Source: an uncultured bacterium
GTDB lineage: Bacteria; Krumholzibacteriota; Krumholzibacteriia; JACNKJ01
Length of the DNA: 64,000 bases
Direction of reading: 5' to 3'
Assembly (NCBI GenBank): GCA_963695095.1
Contig: CAVOFT010000001.1
Span: 736,001-800,000, forward strand
Shown in pieces: positions 48,811-56,894 of the stretch. Every line of letters starts with the position of its first letter. Position 1 is the first letter of the stretch. The notes under the pieces are model-generated. The model was not told where the DNA came from, did no database searches, and saw nothing but the letters and a program-made list of their open reading frames with translations. The position numbers were made by a program, and so were the translations under genes.

Positions 48811-49581
48811 TCATCGGTTCGGGGGTTCGGGCCGGCCGCGAGTGGCCGCGAGGCGGCCGGGCAGCCAGTCCAGGCGCAGGCTCAGCCGCCAGTTGCTCCG
48901 TCGCTCGCGCTCGAGGACGAGGGCCTCGCCCACGCGCCGGGCGCTGTCGAGGGCGAAGGCGAGGGCATCCAGATCCAGACCGAGGGCGAACTCCGCGGCC
49001 AGGGCGCGGCGCAGCAGCAGGCCGCCGCCGCCGCAGAGCGCGTCCACGGGGGCGAAGTCGATCCGCAGGTCCTCGCCCGCCGGCCCCGCGCCGGCGAGCA
49101 GGAGCTGGTCGGGCGCATAGCCGAGGCGCAGCCAGCCGAGATGGCCCTGCAGCCAGAGCTCCAGCCCCGCCGGCCTGGCGAGGCGGCGGCCGAGCTGAGC
49201 CTCGAGACTGGTCAGAGCCAGCTCGAGCGCAGCGGGCGCAGCGGGCAGGCCCGTCGCCTGGCTGCCGCCATGGCGCTGCAGGCGCAGGCCGTAGGCGCTC
49301 GCCCCTCGCTCCCAGGCGAGCCCGCCGCCCAGCAGGGCCCGAGGCCCGGTGTCCCAGCGGAAGTCGGCGAAGCTCGCGTCCGGCCGGGCGAGGCCGGCTG
49401 CGGCCTCCAGGCGCCAGCCGGCCCGGGAGACGCGCGGCCAGGCCGCTGCCGCGAGGGCAATGAGCAGCGCCAGCCAGGGCCAGAGCGCGAGCCAGCGCCT
49501 GGAGCTGCGGCGGCCGCGTACAGCGGCAGGGCGCGGCGCCTGCCGCGGATGGCCGGGCTCCGCATCCCAGAGGGAACTCAC
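48811..49581 (-). CDS. Putative outer-membrane beta-barrel protein
   Basis: Hydrophobic signal region, alternating amphipathic strands, NWRLSLRLDW; start uncertain. Confidence 0.5.
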   Translation of the reverse strand: MSSLWDAEPGHPRQAPRPAAVRGRRSSRRWLALWPWLALLIALAAAAWPRVSRAGWRLEAAAGLARPDASFADFRWDTGPRALLGGGLAWERGASAYGLRLQRHGGSQATGLPAAPAALELALTSLEAQLGRRLARPAGLELWLQGHLGWLRLGYAPDQLLLAGAGPAGEDLRIDFAPVDALCGGGGLLLRRALAAEFALGLDLDALAFALDSARRVGEALVLERERRSNWRLSLRLDWLPGRLAATRGRPEPPNR

Positions 49582-50183
49582 GGCGCGCTCCGATCCAGGC
49601 GCAGCGCGAAGCCCGTGGCGAGGATCTCCAGGCTGTCCATGGCGACGGGCGTGACGACCACCGTGTCCGCCATGCCCGCGCGGCGCAGCTCCTCGCCCTG
49701 GCCGAAGAAGAGCAGGAGCCAGAGCGCTTCCGTCGAATCGAGATCCGCGGGCAGGGGCGCCGCGAAGGCGAGCTGGGCATCCATCATCAGGTGATCGAAG
49801 CCGGTGACGGCGCGCGAGGCGCCGGCCACCGGCGTCGTGGCGGCGAGCAGAGCCTGCACGCGGCGGCTGTGCTGGCGCGGCTCATCGTCCGCGCGCAGGG
49901 GATGGGCGGCGAGGAGCGCGGCGTCGCCCCGGCGCAGCTCGATGGCGAGATCGCCCGTGCGGATGGCGCGGAAGGTGATGCGGACATCGACGCTCACCGC
50001 GAGGGTGCCGCTGGGCGCGACGAGGGCGCCGGCCGCCGGCTGGCTCGAGAGCAGGTCCAGACGGGTCCAGGTCTCCTCGACGCCGGGCGCCTCGAGACAG
50101 CCGCCTCCCGCCGCCGCGAGGGCGAGCGGCGGGAGGACGGCCATCGCGAAGCGCGCGCGCCGGAATCTGCCGGGGATGTTCAT
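49578..50183 (-). CDS. Hypothetical lipoprotein
   Basis: Hydrophobic stretch then GGGC; 4-nt overlaps with both neighbours. Confidence 0.6.
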   Translation of the reverse strand: MNIPGRFRRARFAMAVLPPLALAAAGGGCLEAPGVEETWTRLDLLSSQPAAGALVAPSGTLAVSVDVRITFRAIRTGDLAIELRRGDAALLAAHPLRADDEPRQHSRRVQALLAATTPVAGASRAVTGFDHLMMDAQLAFAAPLPADLDSTEALWLLLFFGQGEELRRAGMADTVVVTPVAMDSLEILATGFALRLDRSAP

Positions 50184-51565
50184 TTCAGCAGGAGCAGCTT
50201 GCCCTGCTGCCGGGAATCGCCCTGGCTCAGGCGGCTGAAGTAGACGCCCGAGGGGAGGGCCTCGCCGCGCTCGTCGCGGCCGTCCCAGACCACGGCCTGC
50301 TCGCCCGCCGGGTAGCTGCCCTCGGCGAGCACGCGCAGGAGGCGCCCCTGCAGATCGTGGACCGCGAGGCGCAAGGGCGCGCCGCCGGCCGGCACGCTGA
50401 AGCGCAGGGTCGTGCTGGGATTGAAGGGATTGGGGTGATTGCCCAGCAGCGCGAGCGCGGCCGGAGTCCCGCCCTCGGCGGCCGGATCGCTCTCGCCCTG
50501 ATCGGGGGCGAGCGCGTAGAGGCGCAGGCCGCTGCCCTCGCCCCAGGCCTCGACCACGAGACCCACCGACTCCTGCCGCCGCAACTGGGTGCCCCGGCGA
50601 TGGTCGGTCACGGTCACCGTCGGCACGCAGAAGTCGCGCGGAGCCGCGAGGGCGGCCTCGAGGTCGCCCAGCGGCGCCAGGCTCGGCGAGAACTTGCGCA
50701 GGACGCCGGCCCGGGGCGCGGCGGCGTAGAGGTTGCCCCAGCCGTCGAGGTCCAGGCCCTCGACGCTGCCCAGGCCGTGGGCGAGCGCGCGCTCCCAGCG
50801 CAGGGCCCCGCCCGCTTCGCTGAGCTCGACGATGCGGCCGCCGTGGGCGTCGGCGACGACGACGCGATGCGCGCCGCGCGCCGCGTCCCAGCGGGCGGCG
50901 ATGGCGACGGGCCCGGCGAAGCGGCCCACCCCGCCGCCGAGGGCGCCGAAGCGCTCGCCCAGGGCGAAGCGCCCGTTCTCGACGGCGAAGCTGGCCACGC
51001 GATTGGCGCCCGTCTCCACGACGAAGAGGCGGTCGTCGGCGGCGGCGAAGGGCGTGCCGCCATCGGACCAGGCCAGGTCGCGCGGCGCTTTGAGGCCATC
51101 GATCGCGTAGAGCGGCGTCAGGCTCAGGGTCTCGCTGTCGTAGACGGCCTGGAACACCAGCACGCGACCATTACCGCTGTCAGCCAGGTAGATGCGGCCG
51201 GCGTCGTCGGCGGCCAGGCCGCGGGGCTCGACGAGCGCGCCGAAGGCGCTCCCTTCGCCCGTGAAGGCCGCCAGACCCAGGGTGGGGTCGCCGAAGAGCA
51301 GGCGGTTCCAGACCGGATCGCTCATCACCTGCAGGTAGCGCGCCTCGAGGTAGGGGAAGCGATCGTAGATGTCCACGCGGCCCACGATCACGCCGGCTGC
51401 CACGGCGCCGAAGAGATCGCGGTCCAGCTCCGCGCGGCTGGCGGCGCGGTCGAGCAGGCTGCGCTCGCCCGCGCCCGGCCAGGCCAGCGGGGTGAAGGTG
51501 GCGGCGGCGGCCGTCCCCGCGCAGGCGAGGAGGAGAGCCGCGGTCCCGAGGAAGAGGTGTCGCAT
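50180..51565 (-). CDS. NHL-repeat beta-propeller protein with FlgD-Ig tail
   Basis: PRGLA..IYLADSGNGRV, LFVVETGANRV, FAGPVAIA; NHPNPFNP..WDGRDERG..SGVYF. Confidence 0.82.
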   Translation of the reverse strand: MRHLFLGTAALLLACAGTAAAATFTPLAWPGAGERSLLDRAASRAELDRDLFGAVAAGVIVGRVDIYDRFPYLEARYLQVMSDPVWNRLLFGDPTLGLAAFTGEGSAFGALVEPRGLAADDAGRIYLADSGNGRVLVFQAVYDSETLSLTPLYAIDGLKAPRDLAWSDGGTPFAAADDRLFVVETGANRVASFAVENGRFALGERFGALGGGVGRFAGPVAIAARWDAARGAHRVVVADAHGGRIVELSEAGGALRWERALAHGLGSVEGLDLDGWGNLYAAAPRAGVLRKFSPSLAPLGDLEAALAAPRDFCVPTVTVTDHRRGTQLRRQESVGLVVEAWGEGSGLRLYALAPDQGESDPAAEGGTPAALALLGNHPNPFNPSTTLRFSVPAGGAPLRLAVHDLQGRLLRVLAEGSYPAGEQAVVWDGRDERGEALPSGVYFSRLSQGDSRQQGKLLLLK

Positions 51566-51595
51566 GATGGGCTCCTTTCTCGATTCTCCCGAGTC

Positions 51596-52738
51596 CTAGA
51601 AGGTCAAGCTGAGGCCCGTCTCGAAGACGTTGGCCGCGAAGGCGTTGGTGTTGAAGTAGCGCTCGTAGCCCAGGCGCAGGCGCGCCGAGCGCAACAGGCT
51701 GAAGCGGGCGACGAGGGCCTGCGGCGCCCACTCCAGGCGGCCGCCGAACAGGTGCGCGTCGAAGGGGCCGAGCCGGTAGTCGCCGCTGCGATAGCCGCCG
51801 ATGCCCTCGGCGGCGGTGTACTCTTCAGCCCAGAACCAGGCGCTGCCCTGGTGATAGAAGCGATAGCGGTAGCGCACGACGAACTCCCGGCCCAGGTACT
51901 GATTGAGCTTGAGCCCCAGGGTGTGGGAGTCGAGCTGCCAGTCGTCCTGGTAGTAGCGGTACTCGACGTTCAGGCTCGAGCGTTCGCCGAGGTAGCGGTT
52001 GAGCTTGAGGAAGACATCCTCCCGCCGCCGCGAGTCGGGGTGCATCTCGGGCAAGCGCTCGCCACCCGCGTAGACCGCGCGGTAGAGGTTGTGCTGGAGC
52101 CCGCCATGCCGATTCAGCTCCAGACCCACGCGCAGCACCGTCTTCGGGTCGAGCACGCGCGTCGCCACCACGTTGAAGTGCGTGACGTCCTTCTCATCCG
52201 CCGCCGCCGCGTCCTCGTCGGCGAGCGGCTCGATGGTGTCCCAGCCATAGCTGAGGCCCACCGACAGATTGAGCTGGTCGCCGAAGAGGTCGCGACTCGT
52301 GCCGGCCGACACCATGCTGGCATCGTAGTCCGACTCGATGGAGCGGTAGTAGCCGAGTGCAGCCGGTCCCAGGGCGAGGCTTGCCTGCATGGCATTGCGG
52401 ATCTTCGTGTACTCGCTGAAGGCATCGCCGGCGCCGGCGATGGGCCGGCTGGCGGCGGTGATGGCGTCGGCCGCCTCGACGCTGCCGGCCGGCGACGGCA
52501 CGGGGGGAATGCTCACGCGCTCGTGGTCGAACTCCACATTCAGTCGACTGCGGCCGAGCGATAGGCCGTAGGAGACGTAGTGCGAGCGCACCTGGACGCC
52601 CTCCACATCGGTGAAGTAGTGGTAGAGCGCGCCGGCCTCCTGCTCGCCGGGCTCCGGCCAGGCCAGGGCCGGCGCCGCGACCGCGCCCAGCAGGGCGGCA
52701 AGGATGGCGCGCGGCCAGATCCGATGCCGGGGGATCAC
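51596..52738 (-). CDS. DUF3570 family outer-membrane protein
   Basis: DAITAAS, SIESDY, PEMHPDSR, YRYYQDDW..SHT, YRFYHQ, DYRL; C-terminal F; GTG start overlapping the DUF4266 stop. Confidence 0.8.
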   Translation of the reverse strand: MIPRHRIWPRAILAALLGAVAAPALAWPEPGEQEAGALYHYFTDVEGVQVRSHYVSYGLSLGRSRLNVEFDHERVSIPPVPSPAGSVEAADAITAASRPIAGAGDAFSEYTKIRNAMQASLALGPAALGYYRSIESDYDASMVSAGTSRDLFGDQLNLSVGLSYGWDTIEPLADEDAAAADEKDVTHFNVVATRVLDPKTVLRVGLELNRHGGLQHNLYRAVYAGGERLPEMHPDSRRREDVFLKLNRYLGERSSLNVEYRYYQDDWQLDSHTLGLKLNQYLGREFVVRYRYRFYHQGSAWFWAEEYTAAEGIGGYRSGDYRLGPFDAHLFGGRLEWAPQALVARFSLLRSARLRLGYERYFNTNAFAANVFETGLSLTF

Positions 52739-52968
52739 TTGCACGCGCAGCCTCCCCCGGCGCCGCCGGCGCCGCCCGTCGAGGCCTCGCGGGCTTCCAG
52801 CCACTTCAGTTCCTTGGCCTCCTCGTCGCCTTCGGCGGCGAAGTCCATGATCGGGTCGGCCAGGTACTCGCGCTCATAGGGCCGCGCGCCGGCGCAGCCG
52901 CCGGCAGCGATGACGAGCGCGAGCAGGAGCGTGGCCAGCGGCGCGCGGCAGGACGGCGGGATACGCAT
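52735..52968 (-). CDS. DUF4266 family small lipoprotein
   Basis: AGGC lipobox, PYEREYLADPIM, REASTGG..GGGCACK. Confidence 0.85.
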   Translation of the reverse strand: MRIPPSCRAPLATLLLALVIAAGGCAGARPYEREYLADPIMDFAAEGDEEAKELKWLEAREASTGGAGGAGGGCACK

Positions 52969-53516
52969 CAGCGACTCCCCATGGCAGCGGTTGTGGGTGG
53001 AGCGGCGGCTGCCGCGAGCAACTCGGCGATGCTCGCCTCCAGGCGCTCCAGGCCGCGGGCGTCGGAGCCCAGCACGGCGAGACGCCGGGCGCCCTCGCCG
53101 TCGAAGACGAAGCTGCAGGGCAAGGCCGGGAGGTCGAGCTGCTTGGCCAGTCCATCGGGGCCGTCCAGGTAGAGCGGCATCGTCAGCCCGAGGTCGGCGG
53201 CGAATTGTCGCGCCTTCTCCGGATCACGATCGATGGAGACGACCCGCAGCTCGAGGCCGGCTGCCTGCCAGCGGGCCGCGCGGGCATCCAGCCAGGGCAG
53301 CTCGCGGCGACACGGCACGCACCAGCTCGCCCAGAAGTGGAGGAGCAGGGGCCGGCCTGGCAAGGGCGTGATGGTCGCGGCGCCGGTCTCCGCGAGGGCC
53401 GCCAGCGGGCGCGCGGCCAGGGCCTGCCGGGCGGGGTCGGGGTCGGCGGCTGCACGGCCGACCGGCGCCGCGAGCCCAGCCGCCAGGAGAATCGTCAAGA
53501 CCAGTGGTCCTCGCAT
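52968..53516 (-). CDS. TlpA/ResA-like thioredoxin (disulfide reductase)
   Basis: LLHFWASWCVPCRRELP, LPCSFVFD; signal peptide. Confidence 0.88.
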   Translation of the reverse strand: MRGPLVLTILLAAGLAAPVGRAAADPDPARQALAARPLAALAETGAATITPLPGRPLLLHFWASWCVPCRRELPWLDARAARWQAAGLELRVVSIDRDPEKARQFAADLGLTMPLYLDGPDGLAKQLDLPALPCSFVFDGEGARRLAVLGSDARGLERLEASIAELLAAAAAPPTTAAMGSR

Positions 53517-53524
53517 GTCTGCTC

Positions 53525-55501
53525 CTAGCGGTACTGGGCGCCGAGCATCACCCAGAGGCGGAAGAGTTCGCGTTCGCGATCGGTGAGGGCGTTCGCACCG
53601 TCCGGATGGCGGCCGCTGCCCTCCCGGTTGCCGAGGCCCTCGGTGGCGTCGATGAGCAGCGAGCGGCGTGGGAAGCCCGGCCTCACCACCTGCGTCTCGA
53701 GGTGTTCGGAATCGCCGGAGAGATTGGTGTAGCCGCGCGGGAAGATCGCTCCCGTCTCTAGCGTGTCGGGCGCCGCGCCGAGGTCCAGGCCCGCCGGCGC
53801 CGGCAGGGTGTCGCCTTCCGCGATGACCGTCACGTGGTGGCAGGAAAGGCACTTGGCGTCGACGATGGGCGCGATGTGGTCCACGTAATTGATGACCTCG
53901 AAGTCCACCGGGTCCAGGTTCAGATTCGTGGCGGGGAGCGCGTCGGCCATCGGGAAGGGGTTGGTGGGCGGATCCGTGACCCGCTCGCGGTCCGTGTGGC
54001 AGCCCGTGCACTGGTTGACGTTCTCGCCGGGGCGCACGTAGAGCCAGGTGCGCTTGACGACGAAGCCGCGACCGTGCTCGTCGAGAGTGGCGAAGGAGAT
54101 CGGCGTATCGGCAGGCACCTCGATCTTGAAAGAGCCATCCGCCTGGACAGGCGCATAGCCGAGGAAGGCCCGCTTCTCGAACTCATTGGCCGAGAAATCG
54201 TTCATCTCGCCGGCCAAGGTGGGCCGCGCGGTGAAGACGGCGACCTGCGGCACCGGCGTCTCGCCGCGCACTGGGACTTCCTGGTCGTCCTGCAGGCTGC
54301 GGTTGAAGACGTCATGCGCGAGGAAGGTGCCGGAGTCGTAGGCGCGATTCACGGTGTCCGGGATGACGAGCGGCTTCTCGCGCGGCCACAGGAGCTGGGC
54401 GTCGTACTCGTTCGCCGCGGGATCGTTGTAGAGGAAGCTCAGCTCGTCAAGGCTCAGCGTCGCCGGATCATCCGGCGTGCCCGCGCCGCTCTGGTTGATC
54501 GTGAAGGTGTAGAGGCCGTAGTCAACCTGATCGTCCTCGGCGGCAGGCAGGGTGTAGCTGGCGACGTAGCGGTTGCCGCCGAGCGGGAAGGGGTACTTGA
54601 AGGCGCCGTAGGTCCAGGGCGCGCCATCCGTGTTGACGTCGGGGGTGAGCACGTCCCAGTAGTCGCTGTCCGGGCCGGGCGCCGGATCGGCGGGCCCGTT
54701 CTCGAGCTTGATGACGACGATGGGCCCGGCATCCTCGTTCACCATCGTGCTCTCGACGGCGATCAGGCGCCCGTCCGGCGTCGGCTGGGCGTGGAAGAAG
54801 TTGCGGTCATGGGGGCCGTACATGTGAAAGGTGCCCGTGCCGTCGGGATTGGTGAAGAAGAGCGGAAAGCGGTTGAAGTTGCCGAAGTGCTCCCAGCGCG
54901 TGTACATGATGTGGCCGTCCGCGAGCACGGTCGGGTCGAAGTCGTCGCTCTGGTTGAAGCTGATGCGTTCCAGGTTGCCGCCGTCGGCGTCGCAGGCGTA
55001 GAGGTGCTCGGCTGGCGAGTGGTTGTACTCGTCCATTTCGCCGGCGCGGCTGCTCGTGAAGACGATGCGGCCGTCGGGCAGGTAGAGCGGGTCGAAGTCG
55101 TGGCCGCCGCCCGCGGTCACGCGGCGCAGGCCGGCGCCATCGGCGCCGATCTCCCAGATGTTGCGGCTGGACTCGCCCGGCGCTCGCATCGAAAACAGGA
55201 TGCGCTCGCCGTCCCAGCTCACGCAGGGGTCGCTGATGCTGGCCCCGTTGAAGCTGGTGATGGCCGTCACCCGGCCGTCCGGCGCGATGGGCTGGAGCTT
55301 GTAGAGGTTGCCGCCGCCCCAGCTGCGATTGAGCGTTTCCTCGGCGCTGGTCTTGAGGAAGACGAGGGCGGGCGTCGCCGCGTCGCCGATGATGGCATCC
55401 GCGGGGGCGTCCTCGCGGCAGCCGGTCGCCGCGGCCAGCAGCGCCAGCGGCAGGAGCGCCGGCCAGCGGCGCCAGCGAGAGGGTGTGAGCGTGGCAGGCA
55501 T
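53525..55501 (-). CDS. TolB/PD40-propeller lipoprotein with HZS-alpha-like domain and two CxxCH haem motifs
   Basis: Lipobox ATGC; DPCVSWDG, DFDPLYLPDGRIVFTSSR, YTRWEH, DGSF..VPADTP..VRPGE..CTGCH; CLSCH. Confidence 0.8.
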   Translation of the reverse strand: MPATLTPSRWRRWPALLPLALLAAATGCREDAPADAIIGDAATPALVFLKTSAEETLNRSWGGGNLYKLQPIAPDGRVTAITSFNGASISDPCVSWDGERILFSMRAPGESSRNIWEIGADGAGLRRVTAGGGHDFDPLYLPDGRIVFTSSRAGEMDEYNHSPAEHLYACDADGGNLERISFNQSDDFDPTVLADGHIMYTRWEHFGNFNRFPLFFTNPDGTGTFHMYGPHDRNFFHAQPTPDGRLIAVESTMVNEDAGPIVVIKLENGPADPAPGPDSDYWDVLTPDVNTDGAPWTYGAFKYPFPLGGNRYVASYTLPAAEDDQVDYGLYTFTINQSGAGTPDDPATLSLDELSFLYNDPAANEYDAQLLWPREKPLVIPDTVNRAYDSGTFLAHDVFNRSLQDDQEVPVRGETPVPQVAVFTARPTLAGEMNDFSANEFEKRAFLGYAPVQADGSFKIEVPADTPISFATLDEHGRGFVVKRTWLYVRPGENVNQCTGCHTDRERVTDPPTNPFPMADALPATNLNLDPVDFEVINYVDHIAPIVDAKCLSCHHVTVIAEGDTLPAPAGLDLGAAPDTLETGAIFPRGYTNLSGDSEHLETQVVRPGFPRRSLLIDATEGLGNREGSGRHPDGANALTDRERELFRLWVMLGAQYR

Positions 55502-55545
55502 GGTCCACTCCTTGCGGTTGCGGTTCTCCCGGTGAAGTCGAGCGA

Positions 55546-56163
55546 TCAACGCGCCAGGCTGCGGTAGAAGATGAAGCCGGCGCTGTAGTCGGCGTAGTCG
55601 TAGACGAGCGTGCCGCCGGCCGTGGGATGCAGCACGCGCCGTCCGCGGGCATCGAGGCGCAGGGCGAGGTCGTCACGCAGGAAGAGCTCGAGTCCGCCGC
55701 CCGCGCTGAGCACGTTGCGGGTGACGGAGTCCGCCAGCAGGGCGCCGCCGGGGAAGGCGATCATCATGCCGTAGCTCGCGGTGAGGTAGGGCTGCAGGCG
55801 CCAGGGCAGGGGCCGGCGGAGCAGCAGGCCGAAGTCGTGGAAGAGCGCATGCACGGACGAGGCCGGGTTGTGGGCGACCGTGGCCTCGTAGGCCAGCCAG
55901 CTGCGCGGCGCGTAGGCGGCGCGCAGCAGGTACTGACGCTGGCCGCCCAGCTCGCCGGCGCCGATGCTGAAGCCGAAGCGCCGCTGGTAGGGGCGATCGC
56001 CGGGCGCGAGGGCCAGCCGGCCCTGGGCCAGCGCGGGAACGAGGTACTCGACCTCCGCCCTGCCAGCGGCGGCCGGCGCCGCGGCTGCGCCGAGCGGCGC
56101 GCCGGCGAGGGCGGCGGCCCCGAGCAGCCCGGCGAGGGCGCGCCTGCTGCTGAGCGCGGCCAT
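55546..56163 (-). CDS. Small outer-membrane beta-barrel protein
   Basis: Signal peptide; LQPYLTASYG, SAGGGLELF..LRLDAR, YSAGFIFY. Confidence 0.7.
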   Translation of the reverse strand: MAALSSRRALAGLLGAAALAGAPLGAAAAPAAAGRAEVEYLVPALAQGRLALAPGDRPYQRRFGFSIGAGELGGQRQYLLRAAYAPRSWLAYEATVAHNPASSVHALFHDFGLLLRRPLPWRLQPYLTASYGMMIAFPGGALLADSVTRNVLSAGGGLELFLRDDLALRLDARGRRVLHPTAGGTLVYDYADYSAGFIFYRSLAR

Positions 56164-56639
56164 CACTGCCACGCTCCGGCGAGAATCCAGTCGCGGATGG
56201 CGATGAAGCCGGGATCGTCGCTGCTGTCGAAGCCCGCGAGGCTTTCGCCGGCGTGGTCGAGGCCGCCCGCCTCCTGGCTGAGGGGCTTGAGCAGCAGCGG
56301 GCTGGCCAGGGGGTCCCAGCCGTAGACCTGCAGGGCGGCCTGTTCGAAATCGAAGCCGGGGTCGGGATCCTCGGGGGGCGAGAGCTCGAAGCTGCCCCGC
56401 GGGCCGCCGCCGTGGCAGAGCGCGTTGTTGCAGCCCTCGGCCACGAGGACTGGCCTCACTTCGGCGGCGAAGCGGACCGCATCGAGGACGAAGAGGGAGT
56501 CGCCGCCGGGCGGCGCGGGCGCAGCGGCCGGCCCACGGCAGGCGCTGACGGCGAGGGCCATCAACAAGAGCGCGAGCGCGGCCGGCTTCGGCTCGCGGCC
56601 GGCGGCAACCCCTGTCCGTCGACTTCCCTTCGCCTCCAC
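56163..56639 (-). CDS. Putative c-type cytochrome lipoprotein with CX4CH motif
   Basis: Lipobox VSAC; VRPVL..GCNNALCHGG, SPLLLKPL..HAG, IRDWI; AAGGAG RBS before GTG. Confidence 0.7.
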   Translation of the reverse strand: MEAKGSRRTGVAAGREPKPAALALLLMALAVSACRGPAAAPAPPGGDSLFVLDAVRFAAEVRPVLVAEGCNNALCHGGGPRGSFELSPPEDPDPGFDFEQAALQVYGWDPLASPLLLKPLSQEAGGLDHAGESLAGFDSSDDPGFIAIRDWILAGAWQ

Positions 56640-56767
56640 GCTGACTCCTTCCGGGCCGACCTCGTGCAGAGTGCCGGCGCCTGGCTAGCTCGGGCGCGCC
56701 GTCCGCGAGCGCCCGGATCCCCGGGCATTTCCCATCGCGGCTCGCCCCTTGGGTCGGGCCGGGAGAC

Positions 56768-56784
56768 AGCAATGCCTGCGCCAA
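56768..56784 (-). promoter_or_regulatory. sigma54 (-24/-12) promoter
   Basis: TTGGCGC-AGGCA-TTGCT matches TGGCAC-N5-TTGC(A/T), about 130 nt upstream of the first operon gene. Confidence 0.7.
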
Positions 56785-56894
56785 ACCGGAAGGAATAGCT
56801 AAATAGAGGATTTCGGATGCGAAACAGCCGGTATCATGGGACCGTGCACGGGAAGATGAAGCCAATTGGGGACGGGGGGACAGCGGAGCCTGGG

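Noticed and set aside
41964..49463. Very long plus-strand ORFs (1528, 711, 683 aa), and similar antisense ORFs elsewhere
   Set aside because: Shadow ORFs of high-GC genes on the opposite strand, with no motifs or RBS
53525..55501. Anammox hydrazine synthase
   Set aside because: Only an alpha-like domain is present; there is no hzsB/hzsC or hdh nearby, and the context is an envelope operon
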